A stretch of DNA of 64,000 nt from Alphaproteobacteria bacterium (lineage in GTDB: Bacteria; Pseudomonadota; Alphaproteobacteria; Rs-D84), in the NCBI GenBank assembly GCA_017615655.1, contig JAFZZS010000002.1, forward strand, positions 3,114 to 67,113, given 5' to 3'. The notes under the pieces were generated by a model. It did no database searches and was not told where the DNA came from. It saw only the letters and a program-made list of their open reading frames with translations. This document shows positions 40,349 to 49,905 of this stretch, one piece after another. The translations under genes and the position numbers were made by a program. The stretch's first letter is position 1. The number at the start of each line of letters is the position of its first letter.

Positions 40349-41211
40349 TTATCAAATTCCTTGTTATTCGAAAGCGGATGATGTTGTTCGACAACCTGTT
40401 GCAATTTTTCTGGTAATACGTGAGTATATATTTGGGTCGTTGATATATCCTCGTGTCCAAGCATCATTTGGATTGCACGCAAGTTCGCACCATGTGATAA
40501 TAAGTGCGATGCAAATGAATGTCGTAACACGTGCGGTGTTACACGAGATGGGTCTATTCCTGAAAGTACTGCGCATTTTTTTAATAATTTGAAAAAACCG
40601 TCACGTGTTATATGTCCAGATGATGAATTTGATGGAAATACATATTTTGATTCATCATCACCGCGCAGATTAATCCATTTACCTAGTGCATTTACTGCTG
40701 CGTCGTACATTGGAACGATGCGTTCTTTGGCGCCCTTGCCATGAATCAGTAATCGGTCGCCCAGAATAGCGGTCATCGGCAGTTCACAAAGTTCCGATAC
40801 GCGTAATCCTGATGCATAGAGCAATTCTATCATTGCGCGCAGACGGACAGAATTGCGAAAATCACCGGCGGATGAGATTAATAATTCTATTTCGTCGACT
40901 GATAATAATTTTGGTAACGTTTTTGACCTTTTGGGCAGTTCTAAATTTGCTGCTGGGTTTTTGGTTATTATGTGTTCCAACATCAAGAATTTATAAAAAC
41001 TTCTAAGAGCACTTGCCTTACGTGCAATGGACGAGGCCTTGGCATCAAGCGTCGCGAAATAATTTTGAATATCTTGTTCAGTTGCTTTTTCTAAACCGCC
41101 AGAAATTGCAGAATCGGCATGTCGCAAATCATTTTCGTAACTTGCAAGTGTGTTTTTACTGCGTCCCTTCTCGGCGGACATAGCTTCTAAAAATATATCT
41201 ATGTGGTTCAT
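40345..41211 (-). CDS. xerD: Tyrosine recombinase XerD
   Basis: R...HxxR...Y catalytic residues (HVLRHSFASHLL, GHEDISTTQIYTHV). Start set at MNHIDIFLEA (ATG at 41209-41211). Confidence 0.85.
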   Translation of the reverse strand: MNHIDIFLEAMSAEKGRSKNTLASYENDLRHADSAISGGLEKATEQDIQNYFATLDAKASSIARKASALRSFYKFLMLEHIITKNPAANLELPKRSKTLPKLLSVDEIELLISSAGDFRNSVRLRAMIELLYASGLRVSELCELPMTAILGDRLLIHGKGAKERIVPMYDAAVNALGKWINLRGDDESKYVFPSNSSSGHITRDGFFKLLKKCAVLSGIDPSRVTPHVLRHSFASHLLSHGANLRAIQMMLGHEDISTTQIYTHVLPEKLQQVVEQHHPLSNNKEFDK

Positions 41212-41360
41212 TATTGATATAAAATAACTTCGGTTACATTTTGTGTTGGTGGAAAATATATTATCATCAAAACTAGCAAAATAATGATAAAGATCCACAT
41301 AATTATTTTATTTCTTCTAGAATTTCTCTTTTTTAATGGCATATATTTTTCCTTTAAAAA

Positions 41361-42419
41361 TTAAATTGTATCAAAACTTGCGATAAATACACCTGATGCA
41401 GCAATTATAATCAATGGTGGTGCAATTATCGCAAGCAATGTTGGTAATGTTCCATTGGAACCCAGTGCGGTAAATACATTCAACAGAAAGTATAACGCAA
41501 AACATGTTAATATCCCCAAACTAAACTTTGTTCCAAACGAATGATTTCGTCGTTGACGCGTCTGTGAAAATGCGATACCAAGTGTCGCCATCGCTATCAT
41601 AGTTAATGGCAGAAACAGTAAAGTCCAAAATTGAACCAGGTGCCCGCGGACAGAAACCCCTATGTTCGACATTTTCTGTATGAATTCTGGTAAATTCCAG
41701 AAAGATATTTGATCAGGTTGCAGGTATCTATCAAGCACGGTTTGTGGTGTTATAAGTGTTTTACCATTCCATTGTCCTGTTTTGATTTTTCCAGACGTGT
41801 CAGATACAGTTGCATTATTAGTCGCGAGTCCAGATTCTGAAAGGGTTATTTTGTTCGAGTCTATGCGTTGACGAAGCACAAAGTCAGAGTCTTGAATGTA
41901 TATAGTTGTATTATGAAAAATTAAGTTATCAGATTCTTTTGTCATATCTGTTGCAACAATTGTTATATGTCCGTCATTTGAAGATTCGTGTAACCATATT
42001 TTGCCATCAACTAGGTTAAGATGTTCTCGACTAATATTTTCTGATGTCAGGCTAACTGCATAAGGATTTATTACAGTAGTAGCAAATGCACCAATAATAA
42101 ACGCACCAATCAGAAATGGTCGACCAATCTGATATGGCGAAAGCCCAGCACCCGAGATAATAACCCCTTCGCTTGAACGAGTTAGATTATAATATGCGAC
42201 CAATGTTCCCATAAATACAGCAAGCGGTAAGAACAGAGGAACATATTCAATCAATCGTATCCATGCGTCATTAAGTGCGGCGATGACCGTGGGATGACTT
42301 GGCAAACGTTCCACGAAGGTTACTGCATATATAATTCCACATACAATAAGTAATACAAGCCCGACTCCCGAGAAAAATCGCCTGAACAAAAATCTGGATA
42401 AAATTCTACTTGATGCCAT
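41361..42419 (-). CDS. LptF/LptG-family LPS export permease (YjgP/YjgQ)
   Basis: Three N-terminal TM helices, a periplasmic beta-jellyroll region, C-terminal TM helices; 352 aa. Confidence 0.65.
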   Translation of the reverse strand: MASSRILSRFLFRRFFSGVGLVLLIVCGIIYAVTFVERLPSHPTVIAALNDAWIRLIEYVPLFLPLAVFMGTLVAYYNLTRSSEGVIISGAGLSPYQIGRPFLIGAFIIGAFATTVINPYAVSLTSENISREHLNLVDGKIWLHESSNDGHITIVATDMTKESDNLIFHNTTIYIQDSDFVLRQRIDSNKITLSESGLATNNATVSDTSGKIKTGQWNGKTLITPQTVLDRYLQPDQISFWNLPEFIQKMSNIGVSVRGHLVQFWTLLFLPLTMIAMATLGIAFSQTRQRRNHSFGTKFSLGILTCFALYFLLNVFTALGSNGTLPTLLAIIAPPLIIIAASGVFIASFDTI

Positions 42420-42537
42420 TTTATGTCTTTTGTTTCATTTATTTTCACCTAAAAAGTATAACCTGTTTATTTCCCAATTGCAAAATTAAAATGAAGATTT
42501 ATAATGCATCGTTATACGTAGACTAGGAAGTAGTAAA

Positions 42538-43008
42538 ATGGATAAGAAACCAATTTCAAAACAGGGCTTTGAAGCTTTGGTCAAAGAGTTAAAACAGTTA
42601 CAAGAGGTAGATCGCCCGGAAATATTAAAGGTAGTGCAATGGGCGCGGTCTCTTGGGGATTTGTCCGAGAATGCGGACTATAGCGCTGCACGCGAGAAGC
42701 AGCGCGAAATAGACAAGCGAATTCAATACATAGAAAATTTTATAAACAATGCATCTGTTATTGATGTTGACACTTTGTCAGGCGATAGGGTCGTGTTCGG
42801 TGCACGCGTGGTATGTGAAGACGAAGATGGAAATCGTATGCAGTGTCGTATTTTGTCTGATGTTGAATCTGATGGGAAACAGGTTATATCGTGTACATCG
42901 CCAGTGGGACGTGCGTTAATTGGTCGCTGTGTTGGGGATACGTGTGTTGTTCGGTTGCCCTCCGGGGAACGGGAATATGAGATATTGGAAGTAAAATTTA
43001 AAGAGTAG
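42538..43008 (+). CDS. greA: Transcription elongation factor GreA
   Basis: N-terminal coiled-coil with LSENADYSAAREKQ, C-terminal FKBP-like domain; 156 aa. Confidence 0.92.
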   Translation: MDKKPISKQGFEALVKELKQLQEVDRPEILKVVQWARSLGDLSENADYSAAREKQREIDKRIQYIENFINNASVIDVDTLSGDRVVFGARVVCEDEDGNRMQCRILSDVESDGKQVISCTSPVGRALIGRCVGDTCVVRLPSGEREYEILEVKFKE

Positions 43009-43010
43009 GT

Positions 43011-44759
43011 TTGAATGTGTCGATAAGATTGTTGCCCGATTATCTTGTAAATCAGATTGCCGCTGGCGAGGTTGTTGAACATGGCGCAAGTGTTGTTAAA
43101 GAGGTAATAGAGAATGCACTTGATGCGGGTGCGGACCAAATTATCATAGATGTTGTTGATGGGGGGCGCACATCAATAAATATTGTAGATAATGGTTCAG
43201 GAATGGATAAAGAGGATCTTGCACATTGCATAATGCGACATGCAACATCAAAATTACCAGACGATAATTTAATGCGCATAAATTTTATGGGATTTCGTGG
43301 CGAAGCATTGCCATCAATTGCGTCTGTGTCAGATATGACAATTGATACGTGTAATGGAACAGATTCTAATGGTTGGCATCTTGATTGTAATACTGGGGAT
43401 ATAAAACCATCTGATTGGCAAAGTGGAACACGTGTCCGTGTTCAAAATTTGTTTGCGAAAACACCAGCACGATTAAAATTTCTACGAACAGACAGAGCAG
43501 AAATGATGGCGGTGTTAGACGTTGTGAAACGTCTTGCGATGGCGCGTAGTGATGTTGGTTTTGTATTAAATAATAAATGGCATTTTCCGAAAGATCAGCC
43601 ACTTATGGAACGAATCATTGCGGTGATGGGCGAAGATGTTAGAAATCGTATGCATGTGGTTGATGTTACATCTGGGTCACTTAGTGGTATGCGACTTATG
43701 GGGTATATTTCAGATCCAACACTTCGCAGAGCCTCATCTGTTGATCAGTATTTATTTGTTAATGGCAGACCCGTAAAAGATAAAGTATTGGTTGGGGCTT
43801 TACGTGCGGCATATATGGATGTTATGCATGCGCGTGAGTTTCCACTTTGTGCATTATATTTGACTTTGCCCCCAGAAAATGTTGATGTGAATGTATCACC
43901 AACAAAAAATGATGTGCATTTCTTGGAACCGACGCATGTGCGCTCTTTTATTATAAAAGCGTTGCGCGATGTTCTGTCAAAAACCATGGTTGAAACAGAT
44001 GCAAACAATATTACAGATAGTAAGATATCTTTTACAGGGCCGCTTGTTTCTAGACCGCGGTTTTCGTCGTATACAAAATTTGTTCATCAACCAGATAATA
44101 GGCAAAAAAGTTTGTTTGAAACATATGTAAATCAAAAACCTATCATAGAGACTAAAAGTGATGATATTCAAAAACAAGATGATGTTTTTGAGTCACAACC
44201 ACTGGGGCGCGTCATAGGGCAGGTGGCGAATAAATATATAATTGCGGCGACATCTGATTCTTTGGTCATAGTTGATCAACATGCCGCACATGAACGTATA
44301 ACATATGAAAAAATGCGAAAGCATCTTATAAAAGTACAACCATTATTGACACCAATAGTCGTTCATTTGCGTACAGAAGATATTTCTGCGGTCTTGATGA
44401 TAGTTGATGATTTGCGCGATAGCGGTTTGGTAATAGATTCTTTTGGCGATGATACAATCGCGATTTTTGAAAAGCCATCTGATTGGGATATGGATTGGTC
44501 CGCCGTGTTACATGATATCGCGGACGAGGTTCGCGCATATGGACATTCCAGTATACTAAAAGAAAAATTGCATTTAAAACTGGCAAATCATGCGTGTCAT
44601 CATTCGGTTCGTGCGGGACAAAAATTGAACTATGAACAAATGGATGCGTTATTGCGTGATATTGAAAGAACTGAGCATGGGGGCGAATGTAATCATGGGC
44701 GTCCAGTGTACAAATTTATACCATTAAATCAAATCGATGGTTGGTTTGAAAGGGCATAG
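43011..44759 (+). CDS. mutL: DNA mismatch repair protein MutL
   Basis: IAAGEVVEHGASVVKEVIENALDAG GHKL ATPase motif; C-terminal dimerisation domain; TTG start 3 nt after the greA stop. Confidence 0.92.
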   Translation: MNVSIRLLPDYLVNQIAAGEVVEHGASVVKEVIENALDAGADQIIIDVVDGGRTSINIVDNGSGMDKEDLAHCIMRHATSKLPDDNLMRINFMGFRGEALPSIASVSDMTIDTCNGTDSNGWHLDCNTGDIKPSDWQSGTRVRVQNLFAKTPARLKFLRTDRAEMMAVLDVVKRLAMARSDVGFVLNNKWHFPKDQPLMERIIAVMGEDVRNRMHVVDVTSGSLSGMRLMGYISDPTLRRASSVDQYLFVNGRPVKDKVLVGALRAAYMDVMHAREFPLCALYLTLPPENVDVNVSPTKNDVHFLEPTHVRSFIIKALRDVLSKTMVETDANNITDSKISFTGPLVSRPRFSSYTKFVHQPDNRQKSLFETYVNQKPIIETKSDDIQKQDDVFESQPLGRVIGQVANKYIIAATSDSLVIVDQHAAHERITYEKMRKHLIKVQPLLTPIVVHLRTEDISAVLMIVDDLRDSGLVIDSFGDDTIAIFEKPSDWDMDWSAVLHDIADEVRAYGHSSILKEKLHLKLANHACHHSVRAGQKLNYEQMDALLRDIERTEHGGECNHGRPVYKFIPLNQIDGWFERA

Positions 44760-44874
44760 TAATTATTAATTTTATGCATTTGGAATAAGTGCAATTATTA
44801 ACCACTTTTTTCTTTACTTTATGGGCTTTTTTTTCTATTCTTGGGCATAAGAAATAATAAAAAGGAGAAAATAA

Positions 44875-45189
44875 ATGGAAGAAGTCACCGCAGTTGATAC
44901 AGCTACACAAACAACACAACAAGTTGCGCAACAGGGGGGATGGGGCGGTTTGTTTGTTTACTGTTTAGTTATCTTTGCAATCATATATTTCTTTATGGTT
45001 CGCCCAAATAAAAAGCGCATGGCGGAATATCAAAAGATGTTAGATTCTATTAAGGTTGGTGATCGTATCATGGCCGCTGGGATATATGGTACAGTCAAAA
45101 AAGTTGGTGAAAAAACTCTTGAAATGGAAATAGCCAAAGGCGTAGTGATAGAAGTCAGCAAGAATTCTGTTGCTGGTATAGAAAAATAA
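44875..45189 (+). CDS. yajC: Preprotein translocase subunit YajC
   Basis: Single TM, then the characteristic MVRPNKKRMAEYQKMLDSIKVGDRI motif; 104 aa. Confidence 0.9.
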   Translation: MEEVTAVDTATQTTQQVAQQGGWGGLFVYCLVIFAIIYFFMVRPNKKRMAEYQKMLDSIKVGDRIMAAGIYGTVKKVGEKTLEMEIAKGVVIEVSKNSVAGIEK

Positions 45190-45201
45190 GGGGATCGGGT
45201 T

Positions 45202-46758
45202 ATGTTTAAAAAATTAGCAATTATTTTTGTTGCGGTGTTTGGGGTATTGCTTTCAATGCCAACGTTGTTTCCAAAATCGGCAAAGTATTTTCCAACATGG
45301 ATGCATCCTATTTCTTTGGGATTGGATCTTAAAGGTGGTGCCCAACTGTTACTAGAGGTTGATACTGCCACGATGCTTAAGGAAAAATCTGCGCAACTTT
45401 ATGACGAAGTTCGCAGTGCAATGATTGACCGCAATAAGGGGGTTATAAGATTTTCTAATTTGCGTAACAATGACGGTGTGATTTCACTTGTTTTGCGTGA
45501 GGAAGAGGATGTATCCAAAGCCAAGGGGCGTTTGAAAAGTGTTCTTGGAAACACCGTTGATATTTCATCGTCTGGCAAAACACTAACTTTATCTTACACG
45601 GATAAACAAAAAGAAGAGATGTCTGCAGATGCATTGGCACGAAGCATTGAAATCGTTCGTCGTCGTATTGATGCCCTGGGAACAAAAGAGCCTTCTATTC
45701 AAAGTCAGGGTGGAAAATATATTTTGGTACAACTGCCCGGTGTTGATAACCCAGAACATATCAAGGAACTTATCGGTCAAACTGCGAAGATGACATTCCA
45801 TTTGGTTAATGAAAATGTTACCCAAGAACAATTGGCTTCTGGGGTTGCCCCTGCGGGGACAGAGTTTTTGCCGTATATGGATGCACAATGGAACAGTGTT
45901 CCTGTGTATTCACGTATAGAAGTATCCGGTGAAAGTTTAAAAGATTCTCAGGCAGATTTTGATCAAAATAATATGCCTGTTGTGACGACAGTATTTGATG
46001 CTGTGGGGGCACGCAGATTTGCGAAATTAACAACCGAGCATGTTAATGAGCGATTCGCAATTGTCTTGGACGGTAAAGTTTTGTCGGCCCCGACCATTCG
46101 TGAACCAATACCTGGTGGTCGTGGTCAGATTTCTGGCGGATTTACACTTCAGGGTGCCAAAGATTTAGCAGTGTTGTTACGTAGTGGTGCGTTACCAGCA
46201 CCTTTGCAGGTCATAGAAGAACGCACTGTTGGTGCGGGATTGGGGGCGGATACTATCGCCCAGGGAAAAATTGGCTCTGCCATTGGTGTTATATTTGTAT
46301 TGCTGTTCATGTTAATGGTGTATCGTGGTTTTGGTTTGATTGCAGATATTGTTTTAATGGTTAATCTTGCAATGATAATCGGGGTATCTGCGTTAATGGG
46401 TGCAACATTAACATTACCAGGTATTGCCGGTATCGTCCTTACACTTGGTATGGCGGTGGACGCAAATATTTTACCGTTTGAGCGTATTAGGGATGAAATA
46501 CGTTCGGGTGCGACACCGTTGCGTGCCGTAGATTCTGGGTTTAACCGTTCAATGAAAACGGTTCTTGATGGTGAGCTTACGAACTTGATTTGTGCGCTTA
46601 TTTTGTTCCAATTTGGTGCCGGTCCGATTCGCGGATTTGCGGTTACATTGTCACTGGGGGTTATTACCACACTGTTCACATGTATATGGCTGTCGCGTTT
46701 GTTGATAGATTGGTACATGGGTGGCAAAAATAAAAAAATTGGTTATGTGAAAAAGTAA
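45202..46758 (+). CDS. secD: Protein translocase subunit SecD
   Basis: Large periplasmic domain followed by the SecDF TM bundle; 518 aa. Confidence 0.92.
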   Translation: MFKKLAIIFVAVFGVLLSMPTLFPKSAKYFPTWMHPISLGLDLKGGAQLLLEVDTATMLKEKSAQLYDEVRSAMIDRNKGVIRFSNLRNNDGVISLVLREEEDVSKAKGRLKSVLGNTVDISSSGKTLTLSYTDKQKEEMSADALARSIEIVRRRIDALGTKEPSIQSQGGKYILVQLPGVDNPEHIKELIGQTAKMTFHLVNENVTQEQLASGVAPAGTEFLPYMDAQWNSVPVYSRIEVSGESLKDSQADFDQNNMPVVTTVFDAVGARRFAKLTTEHVNERFAIVLDGKVLSAPTIREPIPGGRGQISGGFTLQGAKDLAVLLRSGALPAPLQVIEERTVGAGLGADTIAQGKIGSAIGVIFVLLFMLMVYRGFGLIADIVLMVNLAMIIGVSALMGATLTLPGIAGIVLTLGMAVDANILPFERIRDEIRSGATPLRAVDSGFNRSMKTVLDGELTNLICALILFQFGAGPIRGFAVTLSLGVITTLFTCIWLSRLLIDWYMGGKNKKIGYVKK

Positions 46759-46769
46759 GAGGTTAGAAT

Positions 46770-47633
46770 ATGAAATTGCATTTTATGAAGTATCGCAAGT
46801 TATCGTATTGGATTTCCGGTGCATTGGTTTTGTTATCAATTTTATCACTTGCAATCAAAGGACTTAATTATGGTATTGATTTTGCGGGTGGTATTTCTAT
46901 GGAGGTAAAATCCAATAGTCCAGAATATACTGTCGACAAAATGCGCCACGATTTAGCGGCGTTTAGTCCGGAATTACAATCTGTGGATGGAGATTCTATA
47001 TTGATACGTGTTGGTTTGCCAAAAGGTGCGACAGATGCACAACAAAATGAACGTGTACGTGAAATTAAAAATATTTTGGGTTCACGTGTTGAATATTCCC
47101 AGGTGCAAATTGTTGGACCAAAAATTGGTGGTGAATTAGTGCGTGGTGGTATACTTGCTGTATTGGTATCGTTTATCTTGATGGCTGTATATATTTGGAT
47201 AAGGTATCGTGGAGGTTATGCAGTCGGTTCTTTTGTTTCATTGGTTTTGGACTTTGTTTTGATGTTTGGTTTTTTTTCTGTGGTCGGATTAGAATTTAAT
47301 CAAACAGCTATCGCCGTGGTTCTTATGGGGGTTGGATACTCTATAAATGATAAGGTTGTAAATTATGACCGAATCGACGAGAATATTAAAAAGTACCATA
47401 AAATGCCAATGGACGATATCATAGATTTATCTGTTAACGAGATGTTATCGCGAACCTTGATGACCAGTATAACGACAATATTGGCATTGTTGGGATTGTT
47501 TGTATTTGGCGGACTTGCATTGCGTGATTTTGCAATTGCTATGACTTTCTCGGTTATTATGGGGACTTTGACAAGTATTTATATCTCAAATGTAATTTTG
47601 TATCACTTTAATTTGCGTGAAACAAAATACTAG
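46770..47633 (+). CDS. secF: Protein translocase subunit SecF
   Basis: SecF TM pattern immediately downstream of secD; 287 aa. Confidence 0.9.
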   Translation: MKLHFMKYRKLSYWISGALVLLSILSLAIKGLNYGIDFAGGISMEVKSNSPEYTVDKMRHDLAAFSPELQSVDGDSILIRVGLPKGATDAQQNERVREIKNILGSRVEYSQVQIVGPKIGGELVRGGILAVLVSFILMAVYIWIRYRGGYAVGSFVSLVLDFVLMFGFFSVVGLEFNQTAIAVVLMGVGYSINDKVVNYDRIDENIKKYHKMPMDDIIDLSVNEMLSRTLMTSITTILALLGLFVFGGLALRDFAIAMTFSVIMGTLTSIYISNVILYHFNLRETKY

Positions 47634-47680
47634 GTTGGCTTTGTTACCTGTTATAAAACATATAAGGATAGGGGGGATGC

Positions 47681-49192
47681 ATGATTAAGATTATAAAAGT
47701 TTTTGTCGGAATCTGTCTTTGCGTGTTTACTGCGGGTACTGTTTTTGGTGGAAATTTATTTTTCGATGACGAGCCAATCCAAAACGGAATAAATGTTGTA
47801 GAAATGTCGCGTGGTTTTGCAGATATTTACGAAAAGTTGGATAGCGTCAGTTGGGGCGGAAAAAGTATAAATGTCGCAATTGAAAGTTTGGAAAATTTGC
47901 ATCAAAACGCACATATTGCCGCCACAGATGAACGTGTCGTTTTGGTTTGGGGCGATTCGATTATTGCTAATTATCCGGCGCCATCAGCACATGATTGGAA
48001 TGCATTTGGTGAAATTACGACGGCACTTGTTTTGAAACTTCGTGAGCGGGATCAAAATCTTGCTATGGCAGATGAAAGTGAGATTTATCGTGCCGTTGTC
48101 GATGGTCTGATGCGTGGTATAGATGAACGGGGGCGTTACATTTATTCGCCAGATGCCGAAGTCAGAAGTGATGGTCGAATACTTACCAGTGTTGGTATTG
48201 AAGGCATTCGTGATGAACGTGGAAATTTCAGAATTTCGGGTGTGTATAAAGGGTCCCCAGCCGATAACGCAGGAATTTCTGCGGGGGATTTGATTGGTGA
48301 AATTAATGGTACGTTGGTTTCAGAATTAGCTGATTCGGCATTAGCTGCGATGATGTCTGGATTTAATTCAGGAACGTTAAAAATGACACTGATGACCCCA
48401 AGTGGAACACGTCGTGTTGTGGTGCGTCGTGCAACGGTGGTTCTAGCGGATGCTGATGTGGTCTTTATGGATGATGATAATGGTGGAATACTGCAGATAA
48501 TTGTGAATCAGGTTTCAAGTAATTCCGCGTCTATTGTTAGTGAGGCATTGGCAAAACATAAAGATTTATCAGGTGTAATTCTTGATTTGCGTTCAGCCAA
48601 TGGTGATGATGAACGAGCCGCAGCCAGACTTGCAGGATTATTTATAGGGTCGCGTCCAATTATGCGGGTTGTTGAAACTGCACGTGATGAAGTCGAAGTT
48701 GTCCCTGCGGGTGATGCGGTTACAAATGCACCGGTTGTGGTTGTTGTGTCAAACATGACGCGCGGTACTGCCGAGGCTATTGCAAGCGCATTTTATGAAA
48801 ACGGTCGTGGGGTTTTAATTGGAACGCCAACAGCTGGAATGGCGCGAATTGCATCAAGGGTTAAACTGGACGATGGTGGAATTTTGGAACTGATGAATAA
48901 ATCGGTCAAAACAGGTACTGGAAACATTATAGATAGACGCGGTGTTTTTCCATTGGTTTGTCTATCTAATATAAGGACATCATCACAGCAGAGTGCATTC
49001 TTCCTTAATGTAATAAACAATGATTTTCGTGCACATGATTATAACCGTGACAAGAATGTAGATGCAGAAGCTATACGACGCGGGTGCCCAACAATAACCA
49101 GTGGTGAAGACGAAGATATGGTTGCTCTTTCGGTTGCAGTAAAAATTTTAACCGATAAAAAAGTCTACAGTAGGTTATTAAATTTTGAATAA
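47681..49192 (+). CDS. S41-family (CtpA/tail-specific protease-like) protein with PDZ domain; catalytic dyad appears degenerate
   Basis: Signal peptide and a PDZ segment (GVYKGSPADNAGISAGDLIGEING). The S41-like core reads NMTRGTAEAIASAF where SASASE is expected, and IGTPTAGMARIA where GKG is expected. Confidence 0.45.
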   Translation: MIKIIKVFVGICLCVFTAGTVFGGNLFFDDEPIQNGINVVEMSRGFADIYEKLDSVSWGGKSINVAIESLENLHQNAHIAATDERVVLVWGDSIIANYPAPSAHDWNAFGEITTALVLKLRERDQNLAMADESEIYRAVVDGLMRGIDERGRYIYSPDAEVRSDGRILTSVGIEGIRDERGNFRISGVYKGSPADNAGISAGDLIGEINGTLVSELADSALAAMMSGFNSGTLKMTLMTPSGTRRVVVRRATVVLADADVVFMDDDNGGILQIIVNQVSSNSASIVSEALAKHKDLSGVILDLRSANGDDERAAARLAGLFIGSRPIMRVVETARDEVEVVPAGDAVTNAPVVVVVSNMTRGTAEAIASAFYENGRGVLIGTPTAGMARIASRVKLDDGGILELMNKSVKTGTGNIIDRRGVFPLVCLSNIRTSSQQSAFFLNVINNDFRAHDYNRDKNVDAEAIRRGCPTITSGEDEDMVALSVAVKILTDKKVYSRLLNFE

Positions 49193-49201
49193 GGATATAA
49201 G

Positions 49202-49855
49202 ATGTTTTTGGCTTATGAAAACAAATTGAAATGGAATTGGGTTATCATAGCATGTATCATTACATGTTTTTTGACATTTGCGGGAATATTTGGTTTGGAT
49301 ATTCCGCTGTACAATTTTTTGCACCAATTTAATTGGCGTATTTGGGATGTTATTGGTAATGTGTTTAGTACTAAAAATTGGCTAGCCATATCATTAATAA
49401 TTGTTGTGATATTTTATATTCGTAAACTTATTCAAACAAAATCCAAATTTAATTTATTGGATATGTATTCCAAAATTCGCAGCAGTTATGCTTTTTGGGT
49501 GTTTTGCTCGGTTTTGTCGGCTGCGTTAATTGGGGGTATATTAAAAATTGTTTTAGGACGTATGCGCCCGATTTTCTACGAGGCGTTGAATATCACAGGA
49601 TTCTTTCCTTTTACGATGGATTGGGCGTTTCATTCGATGCCATCAGGTCATACACTTGCATCTTTTGCAGGTTTGATAATGATTGGAATGTTAGCGCCAC
49701 GTGGCAGATGGTATGCATTTACTTTTGCGGTAATCATTGGATTGTCACGTGTTTGTGTTGGTGCTCATTGGCCATCGGATATTGTTGTTGGGGCATTCAT
49801 AGGTATTGTCGCCGCAAATATTGTAAAGTATGTTTTATCTAAACGTGCAAAATAA
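49202..49855 (+). CDS. PAP2-family membrane phosphatase
   Basis: The three PAP2 motifs are present: KIVLGRMRP, PSGH and SRVCVGAHWPSD; 217 aa with multiple TM helices. Confidence 0.8.
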   Translation: MFLAYENKLKWNWVIIACIITCFLTFAGIFGLDIPLYNFLHQFNWRIWDVIGNVFSTKNWLAISLIIVVIFYIRKLIQTKSKFNLLDMYSKIRSSYAFWVFCSVLSAALIGGILKIVLGRMRPIFYEALNITGFFPFTMDWAFHSMPSGHTLASFAGLIMIGMLAPRGRWYAFTFAVIIGLSRVCVGAHWPSDIVVGAFIGIVAANIVKYVLSKRAK

Positions 49856-49905
49856 ATCGGTTTGTGGGCTGTTAATTTGCTTTTTTTTGTGATACAATAC
49901 CCAGT

